Shown here: positions 57,208 through 64,000 of the stretch, piece after piece
Numbering within the stretch: position 1 is the stretch's first letter
Layout of the letters: every line of letters begins with the position of its first letter
From: Deltaproteobacteria bacterium
Lineage (GTDB): Bacteria; Desulfobacterota_D; UBA1144; Nemesobacterales; Nemesobacteraceae
Direction of reading: 5' to 3'
Assembly (NCBI GenBank): GCA_029262295.1
Contig: JAJCZR010000068.1
Location: 9,749 to 73,748 of the forward strand
Length of the DNA stretch: 64,000 nucleotides
Notes under the pieces: model-generated
Databases searched by the model: none
Told to the model about the DNA's origin: nothing
Seen by the model: only the letters and a program-made list of their open reading frames with translations
Translations under genes and position numbers: made by a program

Positions 57208-57555
57208 TTAAACTTGATCCTTTAAATTTTTCCCTATGATTATTATTACTACCGAAGTAAGCCCTATAATGAAACCATAAAAATTCACTTTTGCAAATAA
57301 AAACAGGCTTGCAATTATTCCGAGCAGTATTAGTAGTTTAAGTGCAATTAAAAATAGGCTAAAACCAATATTATATTTTTTTTCAGTAAGCGATATTACA
57401 ATAAATCTTATAACTGTGTAGTCGAGAGTAAAAAGTATTCCACCTAATGCTATACCGAGTGCAATTTCTTTTTGTCCAATTAATAAGTTTATGACACTGA
57501 AGAGTGAAATTACAACAATGGCAATTTTTTCTACACCTGAAATTATGTTATTCAT
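57208..57555 (-). CDS. atpI: ATP synthase protein I-like (AtpI/AtpR) small membrane protein
   Basis: 115 aa, 4 TM, immediately upstream of atpB. Confidence 0.55.
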   Translation of the reverse strand: MNNIISGVEKIAIVVISLFSVINLLIGQKEIALGIALGGILFTLDYTVIRFIVISLTEKKYNIGFSLFLIALKLLILLGIIASLFLFAKVNFYGFIIGLTSVVIIIIGKNLKDQV

Positions 57556-57760
57556 CGTTTTTATTTTTTATCTTTAGTAGTTTTATTAGCACTGTAAATC
57601 CTGTAAACACACCTACAATTAAGCCAATTAATGTAAAATAAGGTGTTTTGTTTGCAAACTTTTCATCCAGATAACTTCCAAGTAAAAGCCCCACAGCTAC
57701 AGAGGTGGCTAGTTCAAATCCAATTACAATATAGAAAGTCCATTTTTGGTTATTAATAAT
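57548..57760 (-). CDS. AtpZ/ATPase_gene1-like small membrane protein with probable AUU start
   Basis: Minus-strand frame reads IINNQKWTFYIVIGFELATSVAVGLLLGSYLDEKFANKTPYFTLIGLIVGVFTGFTVLIKLL... (matches the AtpZ pattern G.E....G..LD..F.T.P). Its stop overlaps the atpI ATG (GATGAATAA). No ATG/GTG/TTG in frame. The frame opens at the hemL stop. AAGGA lies 4 nt upstream of ATT at 57760-57758. Confidence 0.4.
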   Translation of the reverse strand: MINNQKWTFYIVIGFELATSVAVGLLLGSYLDEKFANKTPYFTLIGLIVGVFTGFTVLIKLLKIKNKNDE

Positions 57761-57769
57761 CTTTTCCTT

Positions 57770-59059
57770 TTAATTCAAATCTTTAAATGATTTATAAACA
57801 GCATCCAACGTTTTATTAACCTCTTTTTTTGTATGAGAAGTGGAAACAAATACTGCCTCAAATTGAGATGGCGGAAACATTACGCCATTTTCAAGAAGAT
57901 TTTTAAAGAAGGCGCCATATTTTTTGGTATCGCACTTGAGTGCACTTTTGTAGTTTACAACTTCATTCTTTGTGAAAAAGATTGTAAACATAGATCCAAT
58001 CTGGTTTATATTTGCATCAATTCTGGATTTTGAAATTATATCTTCTATTCCATCCACAAGTTCCGCAGTTGTATCTTCAAGGTATTTATAAGTTTTTGAA
58101 TTGAGTTTTTTTAAGGTTGCAAACCCTGCCGACATTGCAAGCGGATTTCCTGAAAGTGTGCCTGCCTGATACATCGGGCCTTCTGGGGAAACCATTTTCA
58201 TTATCTTTTTACTTGCCCCGTAAGCTCCCACTGGCAAACCACCGCCAATAATTTTCCCGAGGCATGTAATATCTGGGATTACACCAAATCTTTTTTGAAC
58301 ACCACCCATATCTAATCTAAAGCCTGTCATAACTTCATCGAATATTAAAAGTGATTTGTGCTTTTTGGTGATTCTTTTAAGATCCGCAAGAAACTTCTTT
58401 TCAGGAACCACAACTCCCATATTCCCGCAAACAGGCTCAATTATTATTCCAGCGATATTATCCGGGTATTTTTTGAATAGTTTTTCTACCGAATTTATAT
58501 CACCGTATTTTGCAAGAAGGGTTTTGTCTGTGAAAGATTTTGGCACTCCGGGGCTGCTTGGGTTTCCAAAGGTTGTGGCGCCCGAGCCTGCTTTTACAAG
58601 CAGGTAATCAGGGTGTCCATGATAGCAACCTTCAAACTTAACAATGTAGTCATTTCCTGTATAAGCCCTTGCGAGCCTTATTGCACTCATGGTGGCTTCT
58701 GTACCAGAGTTGGTCATTCTCACTTTTTCTATCGAAGGTACGCTTTTCACAACAAGTTTTGCCACTTCTATTTCCAGCTCGCACGGAGCTCCATAGCTTG
58801 TGCCCTTGGAAGCAGTTTTTTTAATAGCACTTACAACATCTTTATCTGAGTGCCCAAGTATTAACGGGCCCCATGAACCTATATAATCAATAAATTTGTT
58901 GCCGTCTTCATCATAAATATAAGGCCCTTTGGCTTTTGAGATAAACAGAGGTGAGCCCTGCACAGCATTGAATGACCTGACCGGGCTGTTTACACCACCT
59001 ACAAGATAGTTTTGTGCCTTTTTAAATAATCTTTTTGAGGTTTTGTTGTTAAGCTTCAT
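57770..59059 (-). CDS. hemL: Glutamate-1-semialdehyde 2,1-aminomutase
   Basis: LVGGVNSPVRSF N-terminus. PLP-lysine region. Start taken at MKLNNKTSKRLF (59059) rather than the extended track start 59128. Confidence 0.9.
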   Translation of the reverse strand: MKLNNKTSKRLFKKAQNYLVGGVNSPVRSFNAVQGSPLFISKAKGPYIYDEDGNKFIDYIGSWGPLILGHSDKDVVSAIKKTASKGTSYGAPCELEIEVAKLVVKSVPSIEKVRMTNSGTEATMSAIRLARAYTGNDYIVKFEGCYHGHPDYLLVKAGSGATTFGNPSSPGVPKSFTDKTLLAKYGDINSVEKLFKKYPDNIAGIIIEPVCGNMGVVVPEKKFLADLKRITKKHKSLLIFDEVMTGFRLDMGGVQKRFGVIPDITCLGKIIGGGLPVGAYGASKKIMKMVSPEGPMYQAGTLSGNPLAMSAGFATLKKLNSKTYKYLEDTTAELVDGIEDIISKSRIDANINQIGSMFTIFFTKNEVVNYKSALKCDTKKYGAFFKNLLENGVMFPPSQFEAVFVSTSHTKKEVNKTLDAVYKSFKDLN

Positions 59060-59100
59060 AAGTGTATAAGAATGGACGAGTTTAAGTCTATAATCAAGAA

Positions 59101-59129
59101 AATGGATAAAAAAAAGGGAAAAGATCAAA
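59101..59129 (-). terminator. Rho-independent terminator for the pal-like gene (GGGAAAAGAT-caa-ATCTTTTCCC followed by a U-run on the minus strand), embedded in a triplicated ~18-bp repeat (59107-59165)
   Basis: Minus-strand transcript reads ...gggaaaagatttgatcttttcccttttttt. The plus strand shows three copies of the aaagggaaaagattt(acc/gatc) unit. Confidence 0.6.
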
Positions 59130-59196
59130 TCTTTTCCCTTTGGTAAATCTTTTCCCTTTGGTAAATCTTTTCTTTTAATTAATAAATACTTTCTAT

Positions 59197-59904
59197 TTAT
59201 TTATTAACAACAAAAATTAGTCTTGCTCCAACACTTGCAGAACCTGAAGGTACTACAAAATGAGCTCTTCTGTTCAACTGATAAGATTCTTCAGTTGATC
59301 CTGCAGCAAACTGACTTGTTTCACCACCACTTGTAGTAGTGACTCTTGATGAATCAACACCAAGTCCTGTCAAGAATGCTTTAGTAGAATCTGCTCTTCT
59401 TTGAGCAAGCCTTAAGTTGTATGCCGATGAACCTCTAATGTCTGCATAGCCTTCAATAACTACGCTTATGTTAGGATTATCATTTAATACTTTTGCGTTT
59501 TCTTCCAAAACCGCAGCAGCATCACTTCTTATATTTGATCTATCAAAATCAAAGAAGACATCTTTTAATCCCACTTCCTCACCAGAACTCATCATTGGGC
59601 TTGCGCATTTTGCTATTGCTTCTTCAGCTTTAGCTCTTGCGTCAACCAGCATCCTTCTTGCTTCTAACTCACTGCAAAATTCAGATGCTAATGCCTTTCC
59701 TCTTGCTAGTGCTGCTTCTGCAGCTGCAAGATCATCCGGTGCACATTGAGCTGCTCCCGCATCCTTTGCTTGGGCAACTGCCTGTTCAGCTTCTCCGATT
59801 TCTTCGGTTGGTGGCGGAACTGCGCAACTTGCTAGATATATTATTGAGACCAATAATAAAGGAAGAGCTAATAGTAGTTTCTTCTCCCTTCTCATAATAA
59901 ACAC
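59197..59904 (-). CDS. OmpA-family (Pal-like) lipoprotein with N-terminal Ala-rich DUF4398-like domain
   Basis: Lipobox LASCAVPP. C-terminal OmpA_C motif (NLRLAQRRADSTKAFL...NRRAHFVV). N-terminal domain AEQAVAQAKDAGAAQCAPDDLAAAEAALARGKALA. Confidence 0.75.
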   Translation of the reverse strand: MFIMRREKKLLLALPLLLVSIIYLASCAVPPPTEEIGEAEQAVAQAKDAGAAQCAPDDLAAAEAALARGKALASEFCSELEARRMLVDARAKAEEAIAKCASPMMSSGEEVGLKDVFFDFDRSNIRSDAAAVLEENAKVLNDNPNISVVIEGYADIRGSSAYNLRLAQRRADSTKAFLTGLGVDSSRVTTTSGGETSQFAAGSTEESYQLNRRAHFVVPSGSASVGARLIFVVNK

Positions 59905-59976
59905 CTCCTTTAAGAGTTTATAAAAGTTATTATAATATAAAAATCAATTTGTTGCTATAGTAAATTTAAAACTATC

Positions 59977-60756
59977 TTATGTTTCCAGTTCAGACAGTTT
60001 TTCCCTTGCCTCATCCGCTTCCTGCGAACTTGGGTACTTATCGATCAGAGACTCAAGAAAAAGCTTGGCCTCTTCCACCCTATTTATTTTAATTAAAGAA
60101 AGCCCTTGTTTCAAATATGATAAAGGCACTCTACTGTTTTTAGGGTACCTATCTATCAAAGTTTGATATTCTAAAATAGCTTCTTCATACAGACCTTCCC
60201 TGTAATATGAATCTGCAATAAGGAAAACTGCCTCGGGCACTTTCTCTCCATCTTTGTTGTTTGCTACATATGCCTTGAAATTTTTTCTTGCAGATGAATA
60301 GTCTCCCCTTGCTAGTGCAGAGTAGGCTAGATCGTATTTATTTTTTTCCGGTGGAGGGGGAGGAATAACTTCCGGCTCCGGTCTACTTACTACAGGTGGG
60401 GGTTGAGTTCTCAAATTTGGTTTAGGACTAGTTTGTCGCGGCGCTGGCGGCGGGGCGTATGAAAGATTTAAAATCTTGTCGTTTAAGTCCGCAATTGATT
60501 GCTCAAGCTCAAAAACCTTATTTTCAAGCTGGAATATTTGTTCACTGTAATCAATTGCCGGTGCCGCACTTACCTCATTATTTGAACTTGAGGAAGTAAG
60601 CTGCTTTGTTAGCCTGTCTACCTTTGCTTCAAGCCTGCTTTGCCTTGAGTAAAGCCCACCAACATCATCCTGCGTGGCAACACATCCAGAAGCCATCACT
60701 GATATTAGTAGGGTTATAAGTGGATATCTGTATTTAATATTCATATTTACATTCAC
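59977..60756 (-). CDS. cpoB: Tol-Pal system protein CpoB/YbgF (coiled-coil plus TPR)
   Basis: 259 aa. Signal peptide, coiled-coil, Pro-rich linker, C-terminal TPR (YDLAYSALARGDYSSARKNFKAYVANNKDGEKVPEAVFLIADSYYREGLYEEAILEYQTLIDRYP). Confidence 0.75.
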   Translation of the reverse strand: MNVNMNIKYRYPLITLLISVMASGCVATQDDVGGLYSRQSRLEAKVDRLTKQLTSSSSNNEVSAAPAIDYSEQIFQLENKVFELEQSIADLNDKILNLSYAPPPAPRQTSPKPNLRTQPPPVVSRPEPEVIPPPPPEKNKYDLAYSALARGDYSSARKNFKAYVANNKDGEKVPEAVFLIADSYYREGLYEEAILEYQTLIDRYPKNSRVPLSYLKQGLSLIKINRVEEAKLFLESLIDKYPSSQEADEAREKLSELET

Positions 60757-60768
60757 AAAATCTTAAGA

Positions 60769-61515
60769 CTATTTTGCAAGTAAAATAAAATGAGCTCTTC
60801 TGTTTTGCTGATAAGCATATTCAGAAGTTCCTGAACCCCATTTTTCTGTTTCACCCTTACTTACTGCCTGCACCATCGATGGAGAAATTCCTGTGCCCAC
60901 CATATATGATTTTACAGATTCTGCCCTTCTTTGACCAAGAGCCAGATTATATTCATCTGTGCCTCTTGTATCACAATATCCTTCAATTATAATAGCCTGA
61001 AGGCCGGATATTCTGTTTAATATAGCAGTTGCATTCTGATCAAGTGCACCTTGTGTGTCAGACCTTACAGAAGCCTGGTCATAGTCAAAATACACATCCA
61101 CAATATTAAGGGTTGGATCTTTTTGGGGAGTTAACTCTTTTCCCTGGGAAAGTTCCTGGGATAAGGTTTGACCTTCCACATCCTGCTGTTCTACACTCAC
61201 TGTGGAGTCAAAAGACTGGGTCTTTGCCGCACCTTTAGCCTGTATTGCTTTAAACCTTGCTTCTTCAAGAAGCTCTCTAGCTTCTTTTTGTTTACCTTCA
61301 GCCATAAGTTGTTTGGCTCTAGCAATAAGTTCTTCAGCTTCTTTATATTCAAAGGTGTTTTCTGCTCCTTCACTCTGGGCCGCGGCAAGTGCACTTTCTG
61401 CATCCGCCAACTCTTTATCTGGTTTGGAAGCACATCCAATTATACTAAAGGCTACAAAGAAGATGGATAAAAGAATAAAAGTTCTGTTCCTGCTCAACAT
61501 AGTTAATTCCTCCAC
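60769..61515 (-). CDS. pal: Peptidoglycan-associated lipoprotein (Pal-like OmpA family) with N-terminal DUF4398-like domain
   Basis: Lipobox IIGCAS. OmpA_C motif GYCDTRGTDEYNLALGQRRAESVKSYM...NRRAHFILL. N-terminal ELADAESALAAAQSEGAENTFEYKEAEELIARAKQLMAEGKQKEARELLEEARFKA. Confidence 0.8.
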   Translation of the reverse strand: MEELTMLSRNRTFILLSIFFVAFSIIGCASKPDKELADAESALAAAQSEGAENTFEYKEAEELIARAKQLMAEGKQKEARELLEEARFKAIQAKGAAKTQSFDSTVSVEQQDVEGQTLSQELSQGKELTPQKDPTLNIVDVYFDYDQASVRSDTQGALDQNATAILNRISGLQAIIIEGYCDTRGTDEYNLALGQRRAESVKSYMVGTGISPSMVQAVSKGETEKWGSGTSEYAYQQNRRAHFILLAK

Positions 61516-61802
61516 TTAATTTAGGTAATTAATGAATATTACCCTAGAATATTATTATTGCTACATAATTAATGGTTTATTCAAAATATTTTACTAACTT
61601 TACTTGTGTTTACAATAAATAATATTAAAGAGATGATAACAATCTAAAGAGTTAAAAGTCTTTATAATTCTTATATATTACGAACGAATATAGAAATAAA
61701 GACTTTTTAGTTCCTGTTTTTTATAAGAAATGTTTTTGATACATATTTTACTATTTCCTTTGAGTAAAACATGTGCATTGTAGTTTCTCTTTTAATTGCT
61801 TG

Positions 61803-62108
61803 TTACTGATTTGCAGGATTCCTTGCTTCGTATGCATTTACTTTTGCCTCTTCAAGCAATTTCCTTGCTTCAGCTTTTCTCCTGTTCTTCATGAGTATTT
61901 TTGCTCTAATAATATACCTTTCAGCTTGTTTATATTTAATAGAGTTTTCAGCACCTTGGGCTTTTGCCTCTGCAAGTGCAGCTTCAGCATCTGCGAGTTC
62001 AAAATTTGGTGAAGAATGACAACCAATTAAATTCAGTGATAAAAAAAGCACCAAAAATGTGATTAAGAGCTTGTATTTATTTAACATAATTATCAGCCTC
62101 CATATCAA
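61803..62108 (-). CDS. Small lipoprotein consisting of a stand-alone DUF4398-like domain
   Basis: 101 aa. Lipobox LIGCHSS. ELADAEAALAEAKAQGAENSIKYKQAERYIIRAKILMKNRRKAEARKLLEEAKVNA is paralogous to the N-domains of both Pal-like proteins. Confidence 0.65.
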   Translation of the reverse strand: MIWRLIIMLNKYKLLITFLVLFLSLNLIGCHSSPNFELADAEAALAEAKAQGAENSIKYKQAERYIIRAKILMKNRRKAEARKLLEEAKVNAYEARNPANQ

Positions 62109-62236
62109 AATATGGGTAAATGTACCTAAAAAAATAAGAAACGTGTAAAAAGTCTTAAAAAATTACTTTGATAGTTTTAGTTTTTTTTTATGATTTGGGA
62201 AATGAGAAAGCTTTATTTATGTTAAAATAAAATGTT

Positions 62237-62812
62237 ATGAATGAAGCCTCAATGTTCTCAGGAATTTTCTGGCATAACTCACCCGTTGTGATTGTCACAA
62301 GCAGGTTTGATGGCAAAATAAATGGCCAGGTGGCTGTTACAGTGGTCACTTCTTCCCTTGTGCCAAGTAAGCCCAGGCTCATTCTGGGGATATGGAAAAA
62401 AAATTACACACAGCAGTTTATAAAAAAAAGTAAAGTCCTAAACCTCCATCTTTTAAAAAAAGATCAGATTGATCTTGTAAAAAACTTTGGTTTTTACACT
62501 GGCCGGGAAAAAGACAAATTCGAGAATATTACTTTTTCAGATGGTCAAAATGGCTGCCCTATAATAAAAGGTGTTCATTCTTATGCAGAGTGCCGAGTGC
62601 TTAATGCGATGGATGGAGGAGATATGACAGTTTTTTTGCTGGACGTAGTTCACGGTAATGTCTTAAGTGGTGGCGGCTGGATGACCCTTAATGATTTTTA
62701 TTCAACAGCACCTCAGGAGTGGATTGAGCAGTATAGCGAGAAAGTGGGTGAATCAATTGAGTATTCACTTCCAATAATTGATAAAATCAGCCATGAGCCT
62801 TTTGAGCCTTGA
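62237..62812 (+). CDS. Flavin reductase-like (FMN-binding split-barrel) protein
   Basis: 191 aa. PVVIVTSRFDGKINGQVAVTVVTSSLVPSKPRLILGI...GCPIIKGVHSYAECRV matches the flavin reductase domain. Confidence 0.7.
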   Translation: MNEASMFSGIFWHNSPVVIVTSRFDGKINGQVAVTVVTSSLVPSKPRLILGIWKKNYTQQFIKKSKVLNLHLLKKDQIDLVKNFGFYTGREKDKFENITFSDGQNGCPIIKGVHSYAECRVLNAMDGGDMTVFLLDVVHGNVLSGGGWMTLNDFYSTAPQEWIEQYSEKVGESIEYSLPIIDKISHEPFEP

Positions 62813-63040
62813 TTTACTGCTTAGGATTGATAGCAACCCTCTTTCATTTTATCTAAAATAACTCGATTTTTCGTATAGTTTGTGTTTGGATATCTTTAGG
62901 CACTACATGTTGTGTTTTAGTGGGTAAAACTAATTTAAGTATTTTTATTAAATTTTCCTTGACTTCTTGCTAAACTAGCTTAAATTATATTTACAGATTA
63001 AGAATTTATATATCATCCTCCATCCTCCTTTAAGAGATCG

Positions 63041-63080
63041 GGAGTGTTTCCAAGAGCTTGGGAATACTCCTGTTTTTTTT
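63041..63080 (+). terminator. Strong intrinsic terminator hairpin (14-bp stem, agc loop) followed by a T8 run
   Basis: GGAGTGTTTCCAAG-agc-CTTGGGAATACTCC then TGTTTTTTTT. Lies about 230 nt after the flavin reductase stop and abuts the fxsA stop. Confidence 0.6.
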
Positions 63081-63082
63081 AT

Positions 63083-63481
63083 CTAGTGAATTGTAATTGT
63101 GGTCTCTGTCTTGTTTTGATCTACTTTTTGTTTGAGCTTCTTCTTTAATATTTTTTTAAACTGATCTCTGGTTTGGGGTATTAAAAGAAGAAAACCGAAG
63201 GTATCTGTCAAAAGCCCTGGAGTTAGCAAAACGATACCACCCACTAAAATAAGAACACCATTTATAAGGTTTTCAGCAGGCACTTTGCCAAGGGAAAGTT
63301 GTGCCTGTATTTTATTTAAAGTGGAAAGTCCTTGTTGCCTTGTAAGCCATGCACCTAAAATTCCTGTTGTAACAACAAGAAAAAGTGTCGGTATAAGCCC
63401 CACAATATTTCCGAGCTTTATAAGAATTATTAGTTCAATAAGCGGAATTAATGTGAAAATGAGAATAAGTTTTATAAACAT
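63083..63481 (-). CDS. fxsA: FxsA family membrane protein
   Basis: 132 aa. MFIKLILIFTLIPLIELIILIKLGNIVG...LLTPGLLTDTFGFLLLIP is the conserved FxsA core. Confidence 0.8.
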   Translation of the reverse strand: MFIKLILIFTLIPLIELIILIKLGNIVGLIPTLFLVVTTGILGAWLTRQQGLSTLNKIQAQLSLGKVPAENLINGVLILVGGIVLLTPGLLTDTFGFLLLIPQTRDQFKKILKKKLKQKVDQNKTETTITIH

Positions 63482-63563
63482 TATTAAAAAAGTGTAGTTA
63501 GAAGTTATAAATTATCAATAATAATATTAACCTGTAGATTTTTAATATCAGAGGAAAAGTTTA

Positions 63564-64000
63564 TTGCTAAGAAGTAAAAAGAAAATTGCCTTCGTTTTAA
63601 TCATATTAATATTTTCATTGTCGGGCTGCCTACTTTTTCGTTTCCTTGAATTCAGGGATCAGCTTAAGGATTTTGAAAAAAACTTTGAGATTGATGATAA
63701 AGATGGTCTTGAACTTATATTTAAAGATCCGGTTTTGAAAGGGAGCGATATGGTTTGGCTTATGAGAACTGAGCCATCTATAAAGAAAAGTAAAGAGGAG
63801 TGGACATACAATTTTATTAAAAGATACAAGGGAAGAAAAAACGAAAAAGGCGATTTCAATATTCCAGTGAAAATGAAGTATGAAAACAATCTTTTAAAAT
63901 CAATGGCTTTTCCTGAAAGGTTTTTAAAATATTTTTCGAAAGAGCTTTTTGCAAAGTTTATGGAATCTATGGGTGAAACCCAGGTCAAAAAACTTAGCAA
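63564..64000 (+). CDS. Hypothetical lipoprotein (TTG start; continues beyond the window end)
   Basis: GAGGA SD then TTG at 63564. LLRSKKKIAFVLIILIFSLSGCLLF lipobox. The frame is open to the end of the window. The track's minus ORF 63659..64000 is judged antisense noise. Confidence 0.45.
   Translation, partial: MLRSKKKIAFVLIILIFSLSGCLLFRFLEFRDQLKDFEKNFEIDDKDGLELIFKDPVLKGSDMVWLMRTEPSIKKSKEEWTYNFIKRYKGRKNEKGDFNIPVKMKYENNLLKSMAFPERFLKYFSKELFAKFMESMGETQVKKLS

Noticed and set aside
56155-57760. N-ATPase operon
   Set aside because: An N-ATPase would have atpD and atpC upstream of atpQ/atpR and atpF, atpA, atpG downstream. Here a lipoprotein gene follows atpE. This is simply a split F0 operon.
57770-59128. 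Extended hemL N-terminus (track start 59128)
   Set aside because: The extra 23 residues are hydrophobic and non-conserved. The HemL consensus begins at MKLNNKTSKRLF...GGVNSPVRSF (start 59059).
61640-61715. 11-bp inverted repeat AAAGTCTTTAT...ATAAAGACTTT with about 32-nt loop upstream of pal
   Set aside because: The loop is too large for a terminator. There is no U-tract on the strand of the upstream gene. It is AT-rich intergenic DNA where such repeats occur by chance.
63659-64000. Minus-strand track ORF 63659..64000
   Set aside because: The plus strand has a better gene: SD plus TTG plus lipobox and an open frame to the window edge. The minus ORF is low-complexity antisense.
1-64000. CRISPR arrays, rRNA, tRNA, transposases or integrases
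   Set aside because: None was seen. There are no regularly spaced repeats, no tRNA-like cloverleaf candidates in the short intergenic regions, and no recombinase or transposase ORFs.

Overview
This window is a 64-kb chromosomal segment from an AT-rich Gram-negative bacterium. Tol-Pal/CpoB genes, an RND efflux pump and many lipoproteins support the Gram-negative call. No rRNA, tRNA or CRISPR array was seen.

Gene content is mostly housekeeping and central metabolism:
- a GH79 heparanase-like hydrolase in an apparent operon with an aldehyde dehydrogenase and a TPP-dependent (acetolactate-synthase-like) enzyme
- MsrB, Ppa and a LemA/DUF2207/Smr cluster
- TsaC plus a DUF1015 protein
- a glcD-glcE-X-glcF glycolate oxidase operon and an HU protein
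- an RND adaptor and pump
- a VapBC module
- two divergent NifS-type cysteine desulfurases that flank a CofE-like ligase, a UbiA-family DPPR-synthase-like transferase and a GDPD phosphodiesterase
- argC, gap-pgk-fbaB/fbp, cvpA, ispB, rimI and meaB-mutB-mutA (methylmalonyl-CoA mutase)
- queC-queE, a MerR-family regulator, SIMPL, DUF971, Sir2 and a long ThyX-like protein
- a pentapeptide-repeat protein and xseA
- a decayed accessory islet: an overlapping toxin/antitoxin-like pair, a frameshifted hicB, a zinc-ribbon membrane protein and a truncated acyl-CoA-synthetase-like pseudoenzyme
- cca, a partial atpZ-atpI-atpB-atpE F0 operon and hemL
- a pal-cpoB-pal-like cluster with three paralogous DUF4398-type lipoproteins
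- a flavin reductase and fxsA

The most notable observations:
1. Two independent cases where about 60-125 bp of a gene's 3' end is duplicated on the far side of a single neighbouring gene (smr around ppa; the nifS-like gene around a lipoprotein gene). This looks like the scar left by site-specific insertion into gene 3' ends.
2. Two conserved genes (glcF, atpZ-like) whose conserved N-termini lie upstream of any ATG/GTG/TTG. Each directly follows an in-frame stop and has a Shine-Dalgarno sequence before an AUA or AUU codon.
3. The CofE-like/DPPRS-like/GDPD module.
4. The decayed toxin/antitoxin islet at about 51.0-54.3 kb.
5. The triplicated DUF4398 lipoprotein domain around cpoB.
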